Under the pieces are notes generated by a model that ran no database searches, had not been told where the DNA came from, and worked only from the letters and a program-made list of their open reading frames with translations. A DNA stretch of 64,000 nt. Source: Ministeria vibrans ATCC 50519. Lineage: Eukaryota > Protista > Filasterea. Both the position numbers and the translations under genes were made by a program. The stretch is from assembly GCA_943704425.1 (NCBI GenBank), contig CALSCP010002097.1, positions 1 to 64,000 of the forward strand, written 5' to 3'. Positions within the stretch are counted from its first letter, which is position 1; the number at the start of each line of letters is the position of its first letter. This document shows positions 48,491 to 64,000 of this stretch, piece by piece.

Positions 48491-50488
48491 GGGAGAGCGC
48501 TCGTGGATGGACGTGGGACAGACCTCGAGAAGACGCGACTCGCCTGTGGTCGCCTTACCGCCCGCCTGCTCGACGAGGAACCTGAGAGAGATCAGTGTGT
48601 GTGTGCATGTGGAATGAGTGGCAGATTGGTCAGGGAGTGAGTTAAGTGCGAGATAAAGAGGATTGAGTGAGAGTTTAGTCAGAGAGTGAGTGAAACGGGT
48701 GTATATATCATAATTATATAATTATATGTGTTAAATGTGGTTCTTACGCCATCGGCAGCGCTTCATACAGCACTCGCAGTTTTCCCTTTGGGCTTTTGGA
48801 ATCTCCCGGATACATAAACACTCCTCTAAAATCATAACAAAATACACATTTTTAACGTTTCTGGCGCCTCGCTCAGTGTCTCTCAGTACCCGTAAAGCAG
48901 AGTGCGGTGCACATCAGCGACCATAGAACCCACGTAGCGCAATGAGTACTAAAATACCACCAAAGAAAATCAATCACAGCCATTCTCATATTGTGGTTGT
49001 TCGAACGGGTTTTCTTCCGCTCTCTTTTGGCGGGTTTTTGCACAGCTCGACATATTTGCGCGTCTGTTCGTTCCAGTACACCGAGTTTCCTTCGTTCACT
49101 GAGTAAATTTTGCCGCGAGGTTTGATTTTGATCTGGTCAAAAGCAAAGTGAGAAATTTTAGGGAAGGGGCTATCTATTTTTTACGTCTTCGTGTGTGAGG
49201 ATAAACTCTCCGATTGTGGTGTCGAGTGTGTAAGCGTGCACACCTGCGCCAAAGGACCAGACAAGAGACGTGGAACTACCGTACATACAGTAACCTGTGC
49301 GATGAGGGTTAGGGTTAGGGGGCAGGGTTACGGCTATAGGTGTTTTACCGGCCGCCACCAGCTCTGTGCCCGAGCGAAGCACATCGGCGTCCGATGGAGG
49401 CGATGCGCAGTCACTCAGGCGCTTGTACACTCCAAAAATGGTTCCGACGTTGACTCCACAGTCAATGTTGGATGAGCCATCGAGCGGATCGAACACCACG
49501 CCTGAAACAAACACAAACGCAAAATGAACAATCGCTTCGTTCCTTCACATGTCCATCCCCAACGTACAGTATTCGCCGTTAGGGTGGTTGGCCACAAAGT
49601 GAGTTTGCTCCTCCTCCTCCGACACCATGACCGAGACAACGCCACTGCTTGCCAGTGCATTCACCATCTACACAACATCCACCTCCCCTGCTTGAGCACT
49701 CTCGCACTCCTCACACCAAGTTTCTTCATACCACATCGTTAGAGAGCACATCCAACTTCTTCTGATCATCGCCGCTCGTGTTTGAGCCACCAGCCAAACC
49801 CGTCCTAACACACACACACACACACACACAAACACAAAAGGGACGCAATATAAATTATTATGGCCCAACTCAGTCACTGTTTGCCCATTTCACGTGCAAA
49901 TTTCCTCATCCGTCACAATAAAAACGCGCAGGATGCGCGACGCACATGCGGAATCACATGCATGTGCGTCGGTCTGCGCAGTCCCAAAACAGCCGCGAAC
50001 ACACAAAGGATGAGTTAAAAATAAAAAAAAGAGGATGTTTGGTAGAGAGAGATTGAGAGAGCGAGAGAGAGAGAGAGAGAGCGCCTGAAACGACTCCGAT
50101 TCGTTAGGAAACACGAGTACAGGTAGCATGCTGGCATGGGACAAAGGAGAGAGCGGCGATGAATCGCGAATGCAGGCGGGAAGGAGTGGAGAGCGAAGGG
50201 GCGCTTACAGTCCGGCCAGTCCAGCCTTGCTGACCGACTTGGAGATGTACTTGCAGCTGAGAATCACAGACGACAGCAGCAGGGTAAAGTTGCCCTGCAA
50301 TGCGCAGAGGAGGAGGAGGAGGAGGAGGAGGAGGAGAGAGAGAGAGAGAGAGGAAAACAGAGCGATCAGCGTGAAACTTCAAGTGCGATAATTCTTTTTC
50401 TTCTCTTTACCGTCGAGCCCTTGAACTTGCGCTGGAGCGAGATAAGGTGGCGCTGGGCAGTAATGAGGTCGAAAGCTTCGCTGTTCAT
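48440..50488 (-). CDS. FBP1: Fructose-1,6-bisphosphatase, multi-exon
   Basis: [53 protein letters not shown] and RSPVFLGS. Confidence 0.95.
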
Positions 50489-50793
50489 GTCTTATTTGAA
50501 AAGTGTCGAAAAAGAGTGATCACTGGATTCAGGTCTAATATTTAGTTATTTACTATTTAGGTCAGTCCAGATCGTGAGTCATCGGTATTTATTCGGTCAT
50601 AATTAGTTTGATTAGGAGAGTGTTCTGTTCTTGTTGCTCCTTAAGTCGCCGCCCTTCCCTTTCCTATTTTTGTTTTCCAGTTCAGAGTCTCCAAAAAGAC
50701 GACCGAGGGGGGTCTTTCTTCCGTTCTGTTCGTTTTTACACAAGGGTTGATTATGATGGTTGTACACACACAGAAGTAAAAGGGACGGCGGCT

Positions 50794-51517
50794 CTACTTC
50801 TTCTTCTTGCCCTTGTCGTCCTTTTCGGCGACTTTGGGACTCATGAGCTTGCGTTCCTTTGGGGAGCGGGGGTCGGCGGGGATGGGGTTTGCAAGGAAGT
50901 GGCGGCGTGCGGTGGAGTAGGCCTCGTCGCGCAGGTAGTCGAGGAGCAGGGAGATTCCGTTGGAGTAGGCCTGTGCGAGCGGCTCGATGAACAGGTTGCA
51001 CTCGAGACGTAGCACGCGGTCCGGCGCTGTCCAGTCAATGTTGCACAGTTCGGGTGGGAGGAGACGCATGGCGTTGCCTTGCGCCATGAGTTCGCGTAGT
51101 GGACACTCAAAGAGCTCTTTGGGCAACTCGTCGATTTTGTTGTCGCGCACGGACAACACTGACAAGGTGGAGATCTTGCCCAATTCGACAGGAATTGCGG
51201 CGAGCTCGTTGTCAGCCAAGTAGACACACCGCAACGAGGTTGAGTAGCCAATATTCGTGCCAATGTCGGTCACATTGTTGTCCGACAAGTCTAAGATCTA
51301 CATGAGTAAGTGAGTGAGTGTGTAAGTAAGTGTATGAGTGAGAATGAGTGAGTGTATAAGTGAATGAGTGAATGAGTGCGAGTGAGTGTGTGAGTGTGTG
51401 GGTGTGTGTGTGTGTGTGTGTGTGAGTTGAGTGTGTGTTTGAGTGAATGAGTGTGCAAGTGAGCGAGTGAGAGTGTGTTTGAGTGAGTGTGCGCGAGTGT
51501 CCGTCTGTCTGTGTCTA

Positions 51518-51561
<44 letters not shown>

Positions 51562-51910
51562 CATGGGGTGTACCTCGAGTGCAGCACACCCGCCAATACC
51601 GCGCGGCATCGCTGAGATCTTGTTTGAGGCGGCAATGAGAACTCGCAGATGTTGAAGGTTGTTGAGAGACGGTGGAAGCAGCGTGAGCTCGTTGTCGTAC
51701 ACGTTTAATACCTCCAAATGTGAGAGGGTGTTGATCGAGCTTGGAAGTTCTGCCGGAGAGAGACAGAGAGAGAGTTCAAGAGAGAGAGAGAGAGAGAGTT
51801 CAAGAGAGTTCAAGAGAGAGAGAGAGAGAGTTCAAGAGAGAGAGAGAGTTCAAGAGAGAGAGAGAGAGAGTTCAAGAGAGAGAGAGAGAGTTCAAGAGAG
51901 AGAGAGAGAG

Positions 51911-51971
<61 letters not shown>

Positions 51972-52401
51972 AGTTGTCGTCACACAAAAAACGGGAATCA
52001 CTCAAAAAGCAGAGCTATTTCAATGTAGCCGCACACAAGAGCACGTGGAACGCATAGAAAAGGATTGCTACAGGACACCCACCGGGAAGAGACAGCGCTC
52101 AAGAGAGCGGAAAAGGGCTCAAAAGGAAAACCAAAATCGATTTTTGTTTGCGTCAAAAAAAGTGAACTCGCGAAAAAAGGAGAGCAGAGAGAGAGAGAGA
52201 GAGGGAGAAAGAGAAAGACATACCTACGAGTTTGTTACAGGAGAGGTTGAGGACAGTGAGTTCTGACAGATCAACAATGCTCAGTTCAAAGGGTCCTTGG
52301 TTTGCGATCGATTTGCTGTGCAGCACTAGCTCGGTGACGTTCGACGACGCCGCGTCGTCCACTTGCTTGGCGACCGATTTGCTGCCGAAGAACGACGCCA
52401 T
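50794..52401 (-). CDS. RSU1: Ras suppressor protein 1 (LRR), 3 exons
   Basis: LRRs plus RSU1-like SKSVAKQV N-terminus and QGNAMRLLPPELCNID..LLDYLRDEAY..ANP C-terminus. Confidence 0.85.
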
Positions 52402-52480
52402 TGAGATAAAATCTAATATTGAATTTTCGTTTTCAATATGATACGAAATAATGAGTAGTAAATTGAGTATCATTATTTTT

Positions 52481-56732
<4,252 letters not shown>

Positions 56733-56743
56733 GTATGCATGTG

Positions 56744-56854
<111 letters not shown>

Positions 56855-56858
56855 ATCT

Positions 56859-56861
56859 NNN
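56859..56861. other. Assembly gap (NNN)
   Basis: Three N bases between (GA)n and poly-T; the flanking genes lack their last and first exons. Confidence 0.95.
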
Positions 56862-57010
56862 CTTTTTTTTTTTTTTTTTTTTATCTTTTTTGTGTTGTCT
56901 TGTCCTTTACCATTGACGTTTGATCGGTGTGACGGTGTGCTGCCCAGGGGGGAAACGGTGTGGCGGACGACACGTTTGTGATGCTAACGACGGGGTTGCT
57001 GTGTATGTAG

Positions 57011-59742
<2,732 letters not shown>

Positions 59743-59774
59743 GCATGTCTTTCTCTGTCCCCCTCTGTGTGTGT

Positions 59775-59813
<39 letters not shown>

Positions 59814-60217
59814 TTCGTGACATTTCAAGTGAAAGCTTTTCCTTTTCTTTCGTAAGAAATGCATGAAGCGACTTTAGTTCTCAAGATCAAACAATTAATA
59901 TAGATTAACTTATTTTTGATTTTTCGTTCACTTTTTTTTCTCTCCCGTGTTTGCACTTTTGCTGAGTATCATCGCATCATGTTGTAACACCGTTGATTGA
60001 ACCGACTACCTCCTTTTGTCGTTGTCGCTTGGATTTTGCGCGACTTCTTTTTTTGTGAAACACACATCACACGTGTGCGGAAATGCAGCCCTGCAAAGGA
60101 CTGCCGCTCAGCCCATCATGACCTATGATGGGTCAAGGTAGCATTCTACCGAACGGTGGACGGCGATTGACCCGGGATTGAGTGGTAAGCGAGATTTTCA
60201 AATTTGAGTGTTTGACG

Positions 60218-60252
<35 letters not shown>

Positions 60253-60261
60253 AACATATTT

Positions 60262-60344
60262 TGTCTGGTGATGAAAGAATCTATGCACCACTCTGAAGCG
60301 ATACGGTGAAGAGTAAATAGAACCTCTAAGAAGTCCTGAGGACA
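60262..60344 (+). ncRNA. C/D box snoRNA, dual guide (SNORD32/snR40-type and SNORD61-type)
   Basis: C GTGATGA 60268, D' CTGA 60293, C' GTGAAGA 60306, D CTGA 60336; stem tgtct/ggaca; guides ctatgcaccact and cctctaagaagt are complementary to conserved 18S GGUGGUGCAUGG and ACUUCUUAGAGG. Confidence 0.9.
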
Positions 60345-60505
60345 CTATATGTTTTGTGGATATCCACATGTGTGTTTTTTTTTTTGTGTGTTTTGGGTTA
60401 TTGACCGTTCTTGTGACATTGTAGGGCGATTCGCGAATGGCCCTCTTGCGGCGTCTCTTCTGCATTGGGGTAAGTCGTACGCTGAGTGTGTGTGTGTGTG
60501 TGTTC

Positions 60506-60597
60506 TTGTGAGATGATGAGCACTTTTATGACGTTCAAACCAGATCTGCTGCTGAGAAAGAAAAACTTTCGATGGCGATAGAATGTCTCTGATCCAA
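60506..60597 (+). ncRNA. C/D box snoRNA, candidate 5.8S guide
   Basis: C ATGATGA 60513, D' CAGA 60541, C'-like CTGCTGA 60549, D CTGA 60589; short terminal stem; guide atgacgttcaaac. Confidence 0.75.
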
Positions 60598-60793
60598 AAC
60601 CATTGTGTGGTGTATTTTGCGTTGTGTTGTATTGTATCACCTCCCTGACTGACAATTGTGCTTCAGTTGTTATCTGTAGAGCAAAGGAAAGAAGTATGGA
60701 CGGCGATGCATCCAGGTAAATCACGGAGAGAGACAGATAGAGAGCGAATCCGTGTGTGTGCGTGCGTGTGTGTGTGTGTGTGATTGTAACTGT

Positions 60794-60933
60794 GGACAGG
60801 TGATGACTCTGATAATTTGCGTCAGATGCTGCAACGGGCCAGTACCTTCCTCATGCCTGGAGGCGAGGCGTTCCCTTTCGAGGGGACACCCGATTGTGGC
60901 GCATGCGTGATAAATATTTCGTGTCTGATGTCC
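60794..60933 (+). ncRNA. C/D box snoRNA, SNORD16/snR87-type
   Basis: C GTGATGA 60800; guide taatttgcg complementary to 18S CGCAAAUUA; D' CAGA 60823, C' GTGATAA 60907, D CTGA 60925; stem ggaca/tgtcc. Confidence 0.85.
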
Positions 60934-61129
60934 CCTTTTACTTTTTGGCGTGTCCAGTTTTTGGTTTCTCTCCTCCTCCAAACACTTACACATTTCTTTC
61001 CAGATACACACCGTGCTATTGACGTACCCCGGCCGGGCCTGCCGTTCTATTCACCTACAATACAATGAATATGAATCACTTTCCTTCTAATAAATAATAA
61101 TAAGTTTAAAATTGTACTTTTATTTTACA

Positions 61130-62689
61130 ATGATCACAGTCGATGTGCAACTGTCACGCAGTGGCGCCTACTTTGTGGGCGAGATGATACGCTGTCGTGC
61201 GATTATATCCAATCGTGGCACGGAAACAGGGACTCTGGCGGGTCTCTTTGCCCGTCTCCACTGCACTCGCGCCTCCAATCCCAAGTGGGTGAAGAAAGAC
61301 TCACTGGTGACTTTTGACAAGGAACATGGGGCGGTGGCGGCCGTGGCAAAGGAGAGCGATTCACTTGAAATGCAGTCGACAGAAGCATTTCCCTGGAGAG
61401 CCAAAGGTGACCAAGCCACGTTGGATGGTGCCAGTTGGTGTATGTGTAGTTCATGCGTGCGTGTGTGGCGCATGTGCTGGTCTCGACCGTCTCACCGACG
61501 TGTTGTTATGTAGACGGTTTGAGTGATGCGCAGTTGCTTGAGTCAAGTGCGCTCCATGAGATTGTGCGCGGCCTCTCACTGGCCCCGGGCGCCCAGGAGA
61601 AAGGTACGAACAATGAGGGGGGTGGGCTGAGCGGCACAGAATGAACAACTCATGATTGTGTTTGTTTTAGCACTCTTTTCGTTTCGGCTCGCAAGCGATG
61701 TGCCAACACACAGTGGCCTGGCTATTGCCTACACCTATCACATTGCAGTCGCAGCTATTGTCGACGAAGACGTGCCTGTAAGACTCATGGTGCCCGTGCG
61801 GGTGTTCTATGTGAGACCAGGTAGGTGAAAGGTGCGACTGACCGCTGCTAACATAACAATTATGTGCGACGGTGTGTTACAGAGGCATTTGTGGCGTCAC
61901 AAGCAATTGAAGAGGAGGATATCAGTAATATGGAGAATCCTGTTCAAGATTGGTGGACAAGCAGCAATGGAGCAGCTCAGTAAGTGGATAGAATGGGGAA
62001 ATTTACGCGTTGTGCGACGTTCTCGTTTGTTTTTTTCTCTCAGAATCACAGATGAACCACTAATGGAAACGCTACAGAACGCACGAATACAACTACGACA
62101 GCGGATGCGAAGAGGTGGAGAAGGAGGGGAAGGCGGAGGGGGAGGGGGAGTAGGAGTAGGAGGCGGGCCAGGAGGAGGAGGGGAGGGAGAGGGAGGGGAC
62201 GGACGGGGAGTGGGCGCACTTGTTGATGCGATTGCGTATGAGGCGGCGACGGAGAGTGCCGCGCACGGCCGCAGTACGCACACAATGCGCGTTTCATTCC
62301 ACGCACGCATTTACTTCTTTTATTTGTATTATGTGTTTTTTTTCTTTTTTTTTCTTTTTTTTTTTGTAGGTACGTATAATATTGGCAGTGGTCATTCACG
62401 CGTGTGTACCTTCAAACTACGCAAGGTTCGAGCAAGACAACATTTTTTGTATCTCATACTCATCACCACCCCCTCCTTCTCTTCCTCCCCACCATCAGCC
62501 GTATGTGCGACTTGGGGAACTGTTTACTGGCACCTTTGACTTTTCACGGGCAACTGTGCCCTGTTTTCGTCTGTGTGTGTCTCTGGTGCGCACCGAACGA
62601 CTCTGTGACGAACTGCTGAGCGGCCCCTCCACACCCGTAAACGAAGCAAAGTGCACTGTCCTCGAACAACACAAAGTGTAAGAGACAGA

Positions 62690-62738
<49 letters not shown>

Positions 62739-63328
62739 GGGTGTGTGTGTGTGTGTGTGGGTGTGTGTGTGTGTGTGTGTGATAGAGAGAGGAGGAAGAA
62801 AGAAACAACGTGATCGAGCGAAAAAGGGAGAGGAGAGAAACAAAGCGATCTAGATAGATAGATAGAGAGAGAGAGAAAGGAAGGAGAAAGGAACACGGTG
62901 ATAGAGAGAAGATGATACACATGTAGAAAGAACCATAGCACTCAACGTCCCACTTTGCTTGTGCAGATGTGCAAATCACCGCAAATGTGACTTTGCTCTG
63001 GTTGTTCCCTTTGAAGAATCGCAGACGTTCAGCACATCACTTGGTACGAGTATTTTTGTGCACAGCAATTGAAGTGTACTTATGGTCGTACTGCGTTTTC
63101 TTGCGTGCAGTGAGTGTACAGTGGTCCATTCGCATTGACTTTGTAACACAGCCCCTCAGCGACACCACCACCAGTAGTAGTCATACACCCACTCTGGGTC
63201 CCACTCCACCCACTGCCACTGCGCCTGATTCCCAGGCATTGCTCTTTGCCGCAGGGCCCGCCCCCCTCGCCGCCTCTCTCTTATCCTGGACCCTTCCCAT
63301 CGTGGTCCTCCCTATGCCACCCTCGTAA
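61130..63328 (+). CDS. RGP1: RAB6A GEF complex partner Rgp1, multi-exon
   Basis: MITVDVQLSRSGAYFVGE, YNIGSG..YVRLGE, VSVQWSIRIDFVT and LSWTLPIVVLP. Confidence 0.85.
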
Positions 63329-63381
63329 CCTATTGAAGAAGCCAAACACTGTCCAGTTCTGTAATATGTAATATATAAAGT

Positions 63382-64000
63382 CTAGTGATGCGGCAGGAGC
63401 GTGTCAAGGTATTCGCGCGTCGCATCAGCAAGCACGTCCTCATGCAAGCGCAGAGGATTGTTGAAGAAGGATGCAGAGGCATCCTCGTCAATTAGATGTG
63501 TTCCCATCAGTTGGAGCAGCCCGGCCTCGTCGCTACCTTCGTAATAGTACACACGCAGCCCAATGGGCGTGGCCAACAGACGAGTGAAGTATTGCAGGAA
63601 CAACTATGTAGGATGGAGAGATATTTCAGAGAGTGACACTGTGACGACCATCCATTGACACACCTCCTTCTTGTGCGCCATATGGCTGCCAGTAATGCCC
63701 ACATGAACGTTTTCCCACTCGTCTGTGCTCATCTGTGCCTTCCAGTCGAGCACCTGAAAGTGCACTGCGTTGAGCTGTGCAATCGCCGCCTGCTCGACAT
63801 TCGCCTGCACATACGCCAGCGTCGACTGTGTGAATGCGTCTAGTTGAGCCCGTGTCACCGAGCCACTGCTCAATACTGACTGAAATGGGGGGCAAACAAG
63901 TGATTTATTAGACTGAATAGTCTCCTATGCACAAAACAACTTTTAAGGCGTCTTTGTTTGTTATACCTTTTGAAACCCACTGACGACTTTGTACAGGCTC
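63382..64000 (-). CDS. Hypothetical protein, 3' part; runs off the window
   Basis: Spliced exons give AAIAQLNAVH..EWENVHVGITGSHM..|LQYFTRLL..GTHLID..FFNNPLRLHEDVLADA. Confidence 0.65.

Larger units (their letters stand above)
60010..61095 (+). ncRNA. Spliced snoRNA host transcript, probably non-coding
   Basis: GT-AG introns 60185-60424, 60470-60679 and 60716-61003 each hold one C/D snoRNA; short exons; AATAAA at 61089. 5' end approximate. Confidence 0.7.

Noticed and set aside
49304-49330. TTAGGG-like repeats
   Set aside because: Only 2-3 imperfect units in a short FBPase intron, where minus-strand CTAAC doubles as a branch point; not a telomere or a supported telomerase template.

Overview
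Gene-dense eukaryotic DNA with short (mostly 60-100 nt) GT-AG introns rich in microsatellites. The gene set (Notch-like receptor, Diaphanous formin, RSU1, AREL1, NCOA5, SMIM30, STMND1-like stathmin, TMX3) points to a unicellular relative of animals (filasterean- or choanoflagellate-like); this is an inference and I cannot name the species. About 27 protein genes or gene fragments are recognisable. Highlights: (1) an intronless Notch-like receptor with an LNR+HD negative regulatory region, TM, Notch-signature ankyrin repeats and PEST tail, but no EGF repeats and no RAM WxP motif; (2) a spliced, apparently non-coding host gene at about 60.0-61.1 kb with three intronic C/D box snoRNAs, one a dual U32/U61-type guide and one possibly targeting the 5.8S 3' end; (3) a ~2150 aa EGF receptor whose EGF modules are split by an unrecognised duplicated domain, plus six near-identical 135-bp EGF copies; (4) a 1.6 kb hairpin-rich region upstream of RPS4 with a possible frame-switching microexon; (5) two gene chimeras at simple repeats (TRMU/PSMG2, SMIM30/SUGCT), most likely assembly misjoins. 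Family assignments rest on recalled motifs, not on database searches; exon boundaries and RNA pairings were read by eye.
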